A stretch of DNA of 64,000 nucleotides from a virus, in IMG/VR virus record IMGVR_UViG_3300010158_000028, positions 1-64,000 of that record; one strand, given 5' to 3'. This document shows positions 7,609 through 17,071 of this stretch, piece by piece (the stretch's first letter is position 1; each line of letters starts with the position of its first letter). The notes under the pieces are model-generated. The model did not search any database and was not told the origin of the DNA. It worked only from the letters and a program-made list of their open reading frames with translations. The position numbers and the translations under genes were made by a program.

Positions 7609-9615
7609 TTATTTTGATGTTGCTTTATAAGTCCCTGCCCAATCTTCTGGTTTACCTTCTTCTAATCTATCTATCATTAATTTATAATACTCATACATCT
7701 CTTTATTCTGAATCATTTGCGTTCTTGCTGTAGTTAATGCTTCATCCCATTTACCTTCATAATACCAATACAGAAAAGCATTTTGTCCTTCTGTTTGCTT
7801 TGACAATGTATATATCTTCACGCCTTCCTTCTTACCTTTAACTGCAATACAATCCAATTCAAATACATCATATTCATCCTGAACTAATTTGGCAGTTTCT
7901 GGACCCAATATAATACGTACCCCATAATTCTTAGATTGACCTTCAAGGCGACTTGCGAGATTGACTCCATCACCAAGACAAGTATAATCAAAACGCTGAG
8001 AGGAACCCATATTACCGACAACAACAATGTCACTGTTAATACCCAAGCCCATACCAAAGGCGGGTATACCTTCTTTAATAACTTCTTCATTAAATCCATC
8101 TAGACTCTCCATCATTTCTAATGCGGTTTTAACTGCCATCTTTGCATGATTAGGTTCATCTAGTGGCGCATTCCAAAATGCCATCTGTGCATCACCAATA
8201 TACTTATCTAGTGTTCCATTGTTCTCTAAAATCTTTGCGGTCATTGCAGTCATGTACCGATTCATAATTTTAGTAAGACCTTGAACATCTTTACCATAAT
8301 GTTCACTGATACTTGTAAATCCTCTTACATCGGTAAACATAATTGATAATTGTCTTGATTCACCACCAAGTGTTAATAACTCTGGATTCTTTTGTAATTT
8401 TTCAACAAGTGCGGGTGATAGATATGTACCAAACTGTTTCTTGATTTGCATCTTTTGTAAGAATTCAGATACAAACTTTACGGCATAACAATGTAAACTA
8501 ACCAAAACAAAACATACAACCAAAGCAGTTGAGTCCAGTAAGGACAAAGCCGCATCATAATAAACAAGACTACCACCAACACCACCAGCAATAACCAATG
8601 CCGCAAATCCAATCCCCACATATGTCCACCTTGATAAAAGAATAATTAATATACTACCAAAAATCATTAATAATATTTCTGCGCCATCTGCCCAATCAGG
8701 TCTTTGAATATTGGTTTGACTAGTTAAAGTATCTAAAACTGCCGCTTGTAAATAATGTGGGTAGACTGCTCCAATAGAAGTAGCGACCGGGTTGTTAAAC
8801 CCTTTTGCTGTGAGACCAACAATGACGATTCCACCATCGAAGGATTTGGGTAACTTATTAAGAGAATGTTCTTTAGGTCTTGATTTCCAATCAACCCAAA
8901 TTCTACCGAACTCATCCGTTGTGATTTTGCCAAATTTAGGAATTCTGACTGCTTCAATTCCTGTCTCTGTAACTTTAACTTGAAAACTTGGATCTCCTGA
9001 AGCAACTCGCAATGTTTCAAGACTGATACTTGGATACAACTTTTCTTCAAATCTGACGACCATTGGAATTCTTCTGGTGACGCCATCAATCTCGGGAAGT
9101 GTATTAACAACACCAATGCCAGCAGCACTCTCATTTATTATCCTTGTGTTAGGTTGAATACTATTATATTCAATACCTACTGAACCAGAACCAATAACTG
9201 ATACACCAGGTCTGAATGGATCGTAATTTGCTTTAATTGGGTCATCACTTCCTGTATGTGGAAGAATGACTGAAAATTGTTTTAGTGTTTGTGCTAACTG
9301 ATTGTCTTGATTAAAGCGATCACGCTCAGGCATAAAGACATTAAACACAACAAGCCCAGCATTACGAGAATACAAATCAGCAATAATGGTTGCGTATTTA
9401 CTTCTTGGGAACGGAAATTGTCCTTCTTTTTGAATAAACTCATCGTCTATGTTTACTACATGTATCTGTTCGGATACAGTAGTCTCCTTATTAGTTATTA
9501 AAGTGTCGAAATACCGAAGTCTTACGGATTCAACAAATGAGGGATTAGCGATTCTAATGCATACTAATAATATTAATGTTAGTATTGCGGTCCACGGAGA
9601 TAATAATTTTTTCAT
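7609..9615 (-). CDS. CHASE2-domain class III adenylate cyclase
   Basis: N-terminal TM; CHASE2 motifs ('VVNIDD', 'DGVTRRIP', 'IVIVG'); three TMs; cyclase motifs 'FTDVRGFT', 'DKYIGD', 'DYTCLGDGVNLASRLE'. Confidence 0.93.
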   Translation of the reverse strand: MKKLLSPWTAILTLILLVCIRIANPSFVESVRLRYFDTLITNKETTVSEQIHVVNIDDEFIQKEGQFPFPRSKYATIIADLYSRNAGLVVFNVFMPERDRFNQDNQLAQTLKQFSVILPHTGSDDPIKANYDPFRPGVSVIGSGSVGIEYNSIQPNTRIINESAAGIGVVNTLPEIDGVTRRIPMVVRFEEKLYPSISLETLRVASGDPSFQVKVTETGIEAVRIPKFGKITTDEFGRIWVDWKSRPKEHSLNKLPKSFDGGIVIVGLTAKGFNNPVATSIGAVYPHYLQAAVLDTLTSQTNIQRPDWADGAEILLMIFGSILIILLSRWTYVGIGFAALVIAGGVGGSLVYYDAALSLLDSTALVVCFVLVSLHCYAVKFVSEFLQKMQIKKQFGTYLSPALVEKLQKNPELLTLGGESRQLSIMFTDVRGFTSISEHYGKDVQGLTKIMNRYMTAMTAKILENNGTLDKYIGDAQMAFWNAPLDEPNHAKMAVKTALEMMESLDGFNEEVIKEGIPAFGMGLGINSDIVVVGNMGSSQRFDYTCLGDGVNLASRLEGQSKNYGVRIILGPETAKLVQDEYDVFELDCIAVKGKKEGVKIYTLSKQTEGQNAFLYWYYEGKWDEALTTARTQMIQNKEMYEYYKLMIDRLEEGKPEDWAGTYKATSK

Positions 9616-9617
9616 AG

Positions 9618-9998
9618 TTATTTTTCCTCACATGGAGGCATATTGTAAAATGTTATACCACTAATTATTCCTACTACTATTGAAACTGGTGTTGCTGCGC
9701 CCGCTATTACAAATATATTATTTATTGCTCCACCCATCCAAATAGAACCCATAAAATTATCCATTTTTACTTGTGATTCTTTTGGTAAACCATCTTTGTA
9801 ATTTAATAAAAAAATCTTTCCTATCGTTGTTCCTATAAACCCCAGTGGATTGATTTCATAAACATTAGGCATATTCAATGCTATTGCTGTTGTTGCTGTA
9901 TCTGCAATAGCACCTTCTTTTGCTGTTGGTTTCAAACACATAGAAAAACAAGAAAAACTAGTAAACAATAACAATATCATTACGTAATATTTTTTCAT
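9618..9998 (-). CDS. membrane protein
   Basis: Signal peptide, hydrophobic segments and an 'EINPL' motif; coupled within the operon. Confidence 0.6.
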   Translation of the reverse strand: MKKYYVMILLLFTSFSCFSMCLKPTAKEGAIADTATTAIALNMPNVYEINPLGFIGTTIGKIFLLNYKDGLPKESQVKMDNFMGSIWMGGAINNIFVIAGAATPVSIVVGIISGITFYNMPPCEEK

Positions 9999-11098
9999 TT
10001 TTGTATAATAGTAATTGTTGTTGATCCTCCACTATTGATTCTTTGATATAGTGGAACATTACTCTGTGTAATATTTAGTATCAGATTTGCGTCTTTTCCT
10101 ACAATTACCTGTGCAAAATGTGTACCACCTTTTGTCAATACTAATCTATCATACTCATCTATACCATAGAGTAATCCTGATGCGGGATCATAACCAGGTA
10201 ACATTGATAACTCTGCAGTCAATACATCTTGACTGGCAAACAATGCAGCATTAACTTGATCCAATACATTAGGTAATAAATCAAAATCTAAAAAATTAAT
10301 ATCTAATGCATTATATCGTAATACATCTTGATCCAATACAGAGGTCTTTAATAAATCTTTATTCAAAAAATTTACATCAAGCGCATTTCTAGTTTCTGGT
10401 CCTCTTTGTTCACTTTGTTCTCTTTGAATCTCTCTTGGTGGATCAATAATCAACATATTGTTAATATTCATTTGATCCATATGAACAATAACTGGTCTTG
10501 TTGGTGGTGTGCTTAGTGATGTTACTAATGTTGCTTGATACGCAACATCCATGTGGACTGTACCTGAATCATTCGTAACTGATATTGCACCTGTAACACA
10601 TGCTTTTTCATCACATGACGGTAATAACATAACCATACTTCTACCTAATTCATCTACCGTCATTGAAAAATCTGTACCTCTTACTGCTATTGTTGCAGTG
10701 GGTGTTTGTATACTCACACTCTGAGGATTGCTTTTTGCTATTTGACCACTAGCATATCTAGCGGTACCTAATGCTACTTTCATTGCCAGTTTGCCTGTTC
10801 CTTTTGCAGGATCGTAGACAAAATCGTCAATGATTAAACGTGACTGCTCAGTAATCTTTACTGTTGTGGCATCATCAAATGTCAATTGTGCTTTGGACTT
10901 AGCAGTGGATATAGTATCATTCATTTCAATACCAGTATTTACCGCACTTGGTATTGATTTTTTATTTCTAATAATTTCGGTAGGACCGGTCTGTTCTGTT
11001 ACTTTACCAACACCACCGAAACTAGTTAGACTGATTGATAGTAATACTGTTGCTATTGCCAGTTGAACTGACGCTAACACTTTTTGCCAATGTACCAC
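9995..11098 (-). CDS. periplasmic FecR-domain protein
   Basis: 'DTISTAKSKAQLTFDDATTVKITEQSRLII' and 'TPTATIAVRGTDF'; GTG start at 11098 with GGAG 9 nt upstream gives a signal peptide. Confidence 0.85.
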   Translation of the reverse strand: MVHWQKVLASVQLAIATVLLSISLTSFGGVGKVTEQTGPTEIIRNKKSIPSAVNTGIEMNDTISTAKSKAQLTFDDATTVKITEQSRLIIDDFVYDPAKGTGKLAMKVALGTARYASGQIAKSNPQSVSIQTPTATIAVRGTDFSMTVDELGRSMVMLLPSCDEKACVTGAISVTNDSGTVHMDVAYQATLVTSLSTPPTRPVIVHMDQMNINNMLIIDPPREIQREQSEQRGPETRNALDVNFLNKDLLKTSVLDQDVLRYNALDINFLDFDLLPNVLDQVNAALFASQDVLTAELSMLPGYDPASGLLYGIDEYDRLVLTKGGTHFAQVIVGKDANLILNITQSNVPLYQRINSGGSTTITIIQK

Positions 11099-11618
11099 TT
11101 TGTGTAACTCCAATTGTATTTGTGTTTCCGGTTGCAGTAATATAGGCCGTTGTTGCACCTGTATTTGTTGATGAATGTGTAATTGTATTAGTGTCACCAA
11201 GAACTGTGATTTCACTTATATGATTACCACCGGTACCCAAATTCGTTGTTACTGTGTTATCATCACCAGTAATAATTTGTTTTATTGTTGATCCAGAACA
11301 ACTTGCTGTTCCTGTTGACCCACAAGTAATTGATTGTAGATTACCACTACCATGTGTTGTAACAGTCGTATTTGTTGATGCACCATTCACAATCATGGCT
11401 AATGTATTGTTGTCACCAATCTGTTCTATTGCAACTGTGTTAGAACCACCGCCCATAAAAGCGGAAACTAGTGAATCACCAATAGCATTACCTGTTCCAT
11501 CTTGTGTAATGGTAACTGTAGAACTGTCACCCACCTGCTCAACATATATCTCATTAGCAAATATATTATTAGCAAATAACAACAAAGCCATAATAATATA
11601 GCCTGTTATCTTTTTCAT
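11022..11618 (-). CDS. curlin-like secreted beta-solenoid repeat protein
   Basis: Signal peptide followed by repeated xQxGxxN units (EQVGDSS, TQDGTGN, EQIGDNN, ITGDDN, VLGDTN, ATGNTN). Confidence 0.72.
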   Translation of the reverse strand: MKKITGYIIMALLLFANNIFANEIYVEQVGDSSTVTITQDGTGNAIGDSLVSAFMGGGSNTVAIEQIGDNNTLAMIVNGASTNTTVTTHGSGNLQSITCGSTGTASCSGSTIKQIITGDDNTVTTNLGTGGNHISEITVLGDTNTITHSSTNTGATTAYITATGNTNTIGVTQSGTLAKSVSVSSTGNSNSITINQSN

Positions 11619-12400
11619 TTTGTTTCTTCCTTTTGTTTGAACTTCCATATTCCTTTCTGTTCACCATCTATAATCATTTGAGACACTGCATGTTCTATTG
11701 CTACACGAACAGCATATGTCGTTGGTTCATTTAATGCGTTTCCATTCTCTAATTCTAAAGCATGAGTACCCGCATCAATAAACTTCATCACACCTACATT
11801 ATGTGCAGTGCTATAAATTGTCTTAGATACAGAATTTGTTATTAATACTTCTCCACTTGTTACACTAACCAATCTCATAGAGATAACAACTTCATCAACT
11901 CTGTATTGCTGACTTGCACCGAGTCCTAAAAATCTTGCACCATTACCACCAGAACGAATATTACTATCATAACCAATAATACCACCTTCAATCATTACAC
12001 CTGCAACTGTCAATGGTTTTAATGGTTTTGCTTCTTTACCTTCATAAACTTCTCTTTGGTTCCTAATCAATTGCCGTTCTTTAACTAAATTCTCTAACCC
12101 AACTCTTTCAACAACTTTGAACCAATTCTTTGAATCTTGTAATGCTTTAATTAAAAATACTTCGGCGCCTTGTGTTACTGCTTTACTAAACAGAGCCATC
12201 TTATCACTTGATTTGTTCTGTCCCGTTCTATCTAAAAAACCATATACAGCAATTGCAATCGGAGGTCCATCTAATTCTGGCATTTTATCTAATAATGATT
12301 CTTTAACGGTTAACTTAACAGGATCTTCCTGCAACCGTTGCATTTCATTAGATGCACACCCCGATAACATAATAACAACCAAAATAACAAAATATCTCAT
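11615..12400 (-). CDS. csgG: CsgG/HfaB-family outer-membrane secretion lipoprotein
   Basis: Lipobox LSGC; 'AVYGFLDRTGQ', 'FSKAVTQG', 'WFKVVER', 'EGGIIGYDSN', 'NEP'. Confidence 0.92.
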   Translation of the reverse strand: MRYFVILVVIMLSGCASNEMQRLQEDPVKLTVKESLLDKMPELDGPPIAIAVYGFLDRTGQNKSSDKMALFSKAVTQGAEVFLIKALQDSKNWFKVVERVGLENLVKERQLIRNQREVYEGKEAKPLKPLTVAGVMIEGGIIGYDSNIRSGGNGARFLGLGASQQYRVDEVVISMRLVSVTSGEVLITNSVSKTIYSTAHNVGVMKFIDAGTHALELENGNALNEPTTYAVRVAIEHAVSQMIIDGEQKGIWKFKQKEETK

Positions 12401-14445
12401 TAGAAATTCATTCTTACTTTAAAAATCATTGAATCAGTCTTGTTACCTTCTTTTTGTTGCTGTGCTACTTGTATACCAACATTACTATTCTTTTGTGGTG
12501 AGTAAAACGCACCAGCAGAGGCAGTTAAATAACCATCTGTTGTTGAACTTAACTGACCAGTGACACTAATCTTATTATCAAAATTCTTACGAATCATTGC
12601 ACCAAATTCAGCATAATCAAAACTTCTTGAATTGCTATCAACTGCTCTGGCACTTTGAATACTACCTTTTTCAGTGTAACTATTTACTTTTGTTGTTCCA
12701 AATGTGTATCCAGCAAATAGTCTAATCATTTGTGAAAGCTCAGGACTATAAACTTTATTAGATATCCAACTATCTGTTCCTTTTGTTGCATAATAGTTTC
12801 TAAACAATCCTTCAACATTTCTTATTGAACCAATATCATTACTTGCACTACCAATATTGGTTGATAAAATTAAATCTTTAGGCAACTTGTAAACACTATA
12901 AACACCAAAGTGTTGTTTTTCTTGTTTAGTAAGACTATCTACACCTGACATTCTTGTTGATACTAAACTGTATTGACCACCAATCTTTAAATCACTATTG
13001 ACATCTCTATCAAAAGCAATTGCGGATATATCACTCTTAGAACTATAACCATCAGCCATTGTAGTTTTTAAACTACCGATTGTGGTATAGAATGTTCCGT
13101 TGTCTGTCTTGTATCCATCTTGACGGAATGGATCCATATCTAAACCACGATTGATACCTTTATTCAAATCAGACAATTGTGCTTGTTGGTCAATGCGACC
13201 AGAGAAACTATCATTAGCAACTGAAGTAACTACATCATTAACTAAAGATGAGGCAGCACTTGTAGAACTATCCGATGTTGTTACAGAACCATCACTCCAT
13301 GTTGTTGTAGTGCGAACTAGAGTGGTAATTGTTCGTGTAAATGGTGTTGTAACATTAGTGGTTGTTTCTCTTGCAATAGTTTGCTTTGTTTTGTTTTCGG
13401 TTGCAACATGATGTGCAGTGCTGGCAGTGATTACAGGCAATCCAGTATTAACTACTGTATTATCTGAAACGGTAACTGTAGCAGTGCTTGTGCTAACAAC
13501 TGTAGGTGCGGCAGGTGCTACTGGTGTGACTCCAACCATATCGCAACTTGATGTGCAACCAGGAACAACACCTGGCGTTCCACCACCTGCACCAGAACTT
13601 ACTGCAGTAGCACCAGCGGTCAATGTGGATGGTCCAAAAATATATGCATATTGAAACTTAACAATATCACCAACTGCAACTGATGGAACAAGAAAACCTA
13701 AACCAATTGTATAGTCACCAGTGCCATTATTAACACCGTTGTAATATTGAATTGGATCGGTTGTCCATCCGCTACTGATACCAGCACCAACATTAGTTGC
13801 AGCAGAATATAAACCTAATGCATACTTTGATGATAATGCTTCAGAGAATACTACTTGTTTAATACCAATAGGACTGAATCCTAAAGTATTTGTTGTTGCT
13901 GAACTATCACCTGCTGCCGCTCTAGCATCTGGATCAGTGAAACGACCAAAGTAAAGATTAGTCATTGCTACCGATGATGTTAATGTTGTAGTGATATCAA
14001 CAAATTTTTGATTGTTATTAAAACGAACATCGTTGATTAAACTGTAACCATTACCGTTACCAGTCCAAACTGCACGATTATCAAATGTAGAACTTGCGTA
14101 AGCAATTCCACTGTAATTAGTTAAAATACCACCAGTGATAGAAGTAGCACCAGTGTTATTATTTGTTTGTGTTATAACTGTGCCAGCACCATTCGTATAC
14201 TTAACAGTGAAACCCTCAAACGGAGTTCCTGGAGTTAAATAATCGTATGATGTATTAAATGTTCTTGTACCGGTATTATCATAGAGAATACCAGGACTTG
14301 TGTTACCTTTACTTCCAATTGTACCATAATCACTCACACCAATTTTAATGTAGTCGCCTGTAAGCGCAAAAATCGATCCAGTTGTTTGAGCATATATCCA
14401 TGACGAAAAACATAACAATGATACTGTTATAATTTTTCTAAGCAT
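12400..14445 (-). CDS. autotransporter-like outer-membrane protein (Thr/Ser-rich passenger plus beta-barrel)
   Basis: Signal peptide; T/S/G-rich N-terminal half; amphipathic beta-strands in the C-terminal ~250 aa; terminal Phe. Confidence 0.68.
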   Translation of the reverse strand: MLRKIITVSLLCFSSWIYAQTTGSIFALTGDYIKIGVSDYGTIGSKGNTSPGILYDNTGTRTFNTSYDYLTPGTPFEGFTVKYTNGAGTVITQTNNNTGATSITGGILTNYSGIAYASSTFDNRAVWTGNGNGYSLINDVRFNNNQKFVDITTTLTSSVAMTNLYFGRFTDPDARAAAGDSSATTNTLGFSPIGIKQVVFSEALSSKYALGLYSAATNVGAGISSGWTTDPIQYYNGVNNGTGDYTIGLGFLVPSVAVGDIVKFQYAYIFGPSTLTAGATAVSSGAGGGTPGVVPGCTSSCDMVGVTPVAPAAPTVVSTSTATVTVSDNTVVNTGLPVITASTAHHVATENKTKQTIARETTTNVTTPFTRTITTLVRTTTTWSDGSVTTSDSSTSAASSLVNDVVTSVANDSFSGRIDQQAQLSDLNKGINRGLDMDPFRQDGYKTDNGTFYTTIGSLKTTMADGYSSKSDISAIAFDRDVNSDLKIGGQYSLVSTRMSGVDSLTKQEKQHFGVYSVYKLPKDLILSTNIGSASNDIGSIRNVEGLFRNYYATKGTDSWISNKVYSPELSQMIRLFAGYTFGTTKVNSYTEKGSIQSARAVDSNSRSFDYAEFGAMIRKNFDNKISVTGQLSSTTDGYLTASAGAFYSPQKNSNVGIQVAQQQKEGNKTDSMIFKVRMNF

Positions 14446-14457
14446 TTTTTTCCTTTT

Positions 14458-14916
14458 TTAGAAACCAAATGTAGCAATAGGCACAGTGATATCTGTTCTA
14501 TTACCATTTGACTCCGTTATCGTTAGTGTTACCTCTGTGCTTGATTTAACCCATGATATATTGGTCCCCTGAAAATCCATTGTACCAGATGTTGCACCAT
14601 TATCAGTAAACATAGAATCTGCTAATTGTTTTGATAATTGTGCATAAATTCGTGATTCAACATTAACAAGAAATTTTGCTAAGTTGGTACTAGATGCAGC
14701 ACGATTAGCCGCATCATTGGCGGCTTTGGCATCATCTTTTAATTTTTGTCTGCGTTGTTGTTCAATCTGCTCAATAGTCAGGACATGCGAAGAATACCCT
14801 ATACCCGAAAATACAGGACTATTGAATTGATGGATTAACTCACCGGCACTTGCAGTAGAAACCGCAAAAAATGTATAATAACAAATAACACAAAGCAACT
14901 TGGTTATTGTTTTCAT
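14458..14916 (-). CDS. csgF: CsgF-like curli assembly protein
   Basis: Signal peptide then 'ELIHQFNSPVFSG', similar to the CsgF N-terminus FQFRNPNFGG; 'ESRIYAQLSKQL'; upstream of csgG. Confidence 0.75.
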   Translation of the reverse strand: MKTITKLLCVICYYTFFAVSTASAGELIHQFNSPVFSGIGYSSHVLTIEQIEQQRRQKLKDDAKAANDAANRAASSTNLAKFLVNVESRIYAQLSKQLADSMFTDNGATSGTMDFQGTNISWVKSSTEVTLTITESNGNRTDITVPIATFGF

Positions 14917-14921
14917 AAAGA

Positions 14922-15455
14922 CTATTTATGTTTTATTATTATAGTTTCGTGAGTATAGAGTTGGATTGTGTTTTTGCGTCTTTTTAATGAAAACTCATCA
15001 AAATTCATGTAGTTTTTGGCATCTGCAGAGTCAAAAAGATATATTTTCTCTGTTCGGCAATCAATTTTCGTTACTACAGACCAATGATGCCAAGGTGGTC
15101 CAAACGAAATAATTGCAACTTTCTTTTCATTTATATGTTCATTTAGACAAGCAAAGTATTCATAATGATCATCAAAGAATTCATCCTCAAAAATTACTTC
15201 AAATTTAAACTTTTTTTCTTTTTGAGTTACCTTTTGTAATATTTTTGTAACATTCTCTAAGTATGTACCTTCGGCATAATATTTGTGAAAGAGATTAGGA
15301 TTGATTGATAACATCTCTCGCATTAGTTTCTCTGCACGGTCTTGGCCATACTTTGAGTCTAGATAATGAAATGAATTGATAATAGAGTAGAATCCACAAA
15401 GACCATCAAGTAGTCCTTGTTTATATGGTTCTTTTTTAATTATCGGTTTAGTCAT
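14922..15455 (-). CDS. papain-like (C39-like) cysteine peptidase fold protein
   Basis: 'QGLLDGLCG', 'HHWSVV' and 'YLFDS' give a Q/C/H/D arrangement; start moved to 15455 to avoid tRNA-Arg. Confidence 0.6.
   Translation of the reverse strand: MTKPIIKKEPYKQGLLDGLCGFYSIINSFHYLDSKYGQDRAEKLMREMLSINPNLFHKYYAEGTYLENVTKILQKVTQKEKKFKFEVIFEDEFFDDHYEYFACLNEHINEKKVAIISFGPPWHHWSVVTKIDCRTEKIYLFDSADAKNYMNFDEFSLKRRKNTIQLYTHETIIIKHK
14923..14930 (-). promoter_or_regulatory. putative late promoter (CATAAATA) for the curli-like operon
   Basis: One mismatch to TATAAATA; 6 nt before the csgF-like ATG; no SD. Confidence 0.45.
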
Positions 15456-15468
15456 AATATTATATATT

Positions 15469-15544
15469 TGGCCTGCTTGGCTGGAATCGAACCAGCGACC
15501 CACAGCTTAGAAGGCTGTTGTTCTATCCACTGAACTACAAGCAG
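15469..15544 (-). tRNA. tRNA-Arg(UCU)
   Basis: Acceptor CTGCTTG/CAAGCAG; anticodon arm ACAGC-CTTCTAA-GCTGT; GGTTCGATTCC; encoded CCA. Confidence 0.95.
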
Positions 15545-15548
15545 AAAA

Positions 15549-15624
15549 TGGCTCCCCGACCTGGACTTGAACCAGGGACCTGCGGATTAACAGTCCGTCG
15601 CTCTACCGACTGAGCTATCGGGGA
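15549..15624 (-). tRNA. tRNA-Asn(GUU)
   Basis: TCCCCGA/TCGGGGA acceptor; CTGTTAA loop; CCA. Confidence 0.95.
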
Positions 15625-15630
15625 ATATTT

Positions 15631-15705
15631 TGGTGCCCGATGTCTGGATCAAACAGACGGCCTACGCATTACAAGTGCGTTGCTCTATCACTGAGCTAAT
15701 CGGGC
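15631..15705 (-). tRNA. tRNA-Thr(UGU)
   Basis: GCCCGAT/ATCGGGC acceptor; CTTGTAA loop; variant T-loop TTTGATC; CCA. Confidence 0.9.
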
Positions 15706-15707
15706 GT

Positions 15708-15795
15708 TGGCGGAAGCTGTGAGATTCGAACTCACGGACCCTTTCAGATCGGCAGATTTCAAGTCTGCTGGTTTAAACCTCTCACCCAAACTTCC
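15708..15795 (-). tRNA. tRNA-Ser(UGA)
   Basis: GCAGA-CTTGAAA-TCTGC; long variable arm; GTTCGAATC; CCA. Confidence 0.95.
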
Positions 15796-15803
15796 ATAAA
15801 ACT

Positions 15804-15887
15804 TGGTGGAGTATCCTGGGATCGAACCAGGCGTGGCAGAGCCGGCGGATTTACAGTCCACTGCATCACCGTTGATGCTTCTACTCC
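15804..15887 (-). tRNA. tRNA-Tyr(GUA)
   Basis: CTGTAAA loop; variable arm; GGTTCGATCCC; CCA. Confidence 0.92.
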
Positions 15888-15893
15888 ATAAAA

Positions 15894-16346
15894 CTATTCT
15901 GTGTATGCTTTATGTATCTTAAAAATTAAATCTGATATTACATGAGGTTTCATATTAGTACCATTATTATCTTCAAATGGTATTACGTCCCACCTAGCGT
16001 CATCAGAACTATACCAAGCATAGATACAAACCTCTTCATCTGGTCTATGAATAATCCATGAACCGAATGATGTTGGAAATACTTCATGTTCAGGAAAATG
16101 TTTATTGCGTAATGATTCTTTATGAACAAATACTGTATATGATTCTGTCTTAAGATCGGGTTGTCCATCATCTAATTCAGCATAACCATCAAAGATAATC
16201 TTTACACCAGGAAATGTATCTCCTGAATTATCACCTTGAACTGAAATGCCATCACTTGGATCAGGATCCATTGTTGCTCTGAATTCTTCTAACCAAGATT
16301 GAATTACATTACTATAATCTCTTTTATCATCCATAAAAAATTCCAT
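15894..16346 (-). CDS. hypothetical protein
   Basis: Likely start MEFFMDD at 16346 with GGAG RBS. Confidence 0.55.
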   Translation of the reverse strand: MEFFMDDKRDYSNVIQSWLEEFRATMDPDPSDGISVQGDNSGDTFPGVKIIFDGYAELDDGQPDLKTESYTVFVHKESLRNKHFPEHEVFPTSFGSWIIHRPDEEVCIYAWYSSDDARWDVIPFEDNNGTNMKPHVISDLIFKIHKAYTE

Positions 16347-16347
16347 A

Positions 16348-16698
16348 TTAACTCCATGTGCGATGCTTCTCAGCAACCCACTCTGTACCATCATACTCAC
16401 CAATTTCCCAATCAACATCATCAGGTACATCAACAACTTTTAATTCTGCATAATCACCGAATGATGCATTACCCAATTCTTCTACCGTTTGAACTAGATA
16501 AGGACAATTTCTTAATAAATCCATTGATGCCCAATAATTATCATTACTAACTTCATTTAAATAATAATGTTTTCTAACATAATCATCTTTTTCCGCATCA
16601 ACAGCAATTATATTAGTATTACTCAACTCGGCGTATCGCATAACACCCTCATGTGATAAACCAAATCCACCAAAACATTTATTAATCACGACTTTCAT
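16348..16698 (-). CDS. conserved phage protein
   Basis: 'MKVVINKCFGGFGLS' and 'EYDGTEWVAEKH', a family common in large phages. Confidence 0.7.
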   Translation of the reverse strand: MKVVINKCFGGFGLSHEGVMRYAELSNTNIIAVDAEKDDYVRKHYYLNEVSNDNYWASMDLLRNCPYLVQTVEELGNASFGDYAELKVVDVPDDVDWEIGEYDGTEWVAEKHRTWS

Positions 16699-17071
16699 CT
16701 CTATACTCCAATTCTTTATCAAATAATTCTTTTAACCATGGTGTCAATTTACAATTATCTTGTGTAGCAAAAATATGATCTGTTGTCATATCTGTTAATG
16801 GTACCCAAGTTAATGGTTGTTTACCATCTTTGCCACGAGTGCCCCAATGAAATGATTCTCTAATCTCTACAAAAGAATCACTCATCATTAATGATAATTC
16901 TATATATGGTGCATCATCGTGAACATTTCTACGAAGATAATCTAGACCACCATCAACCATATATTCTTTACCATTCTTATCGGTATATTCTTTATAATCG
17001 TGTCTATGGTATGATTGTAGAATAGTACCATCTGGTGTTTTGATTCTATTTGCTACAATTTGATTATTCAT
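16682..17071 (-). CDS. conserved phage protein
   Basis: 'SYHRHDY', 'VDGGLDYLRR', 'WGTRGKDG'. Confidence 0.7.
   Translation of the reverse strand: MNNQIVANRIKTPDGTILQSYHRHDYKEYTDKNGKEYMVDGGLDYLRRNVHDDAPYIELSLMMSDSFVEIRESFHWGTRGKDGKQPLTWVPLTDMTTDHIFATQDNCKLTPWLKELFDKELEYRDESRD

Noticed and set aside
15456-15503. N-terminal extension of ORF 14922..15503
   Set aside because: It lies within tRNA-Arg; the ATG at 15455 is preferred.
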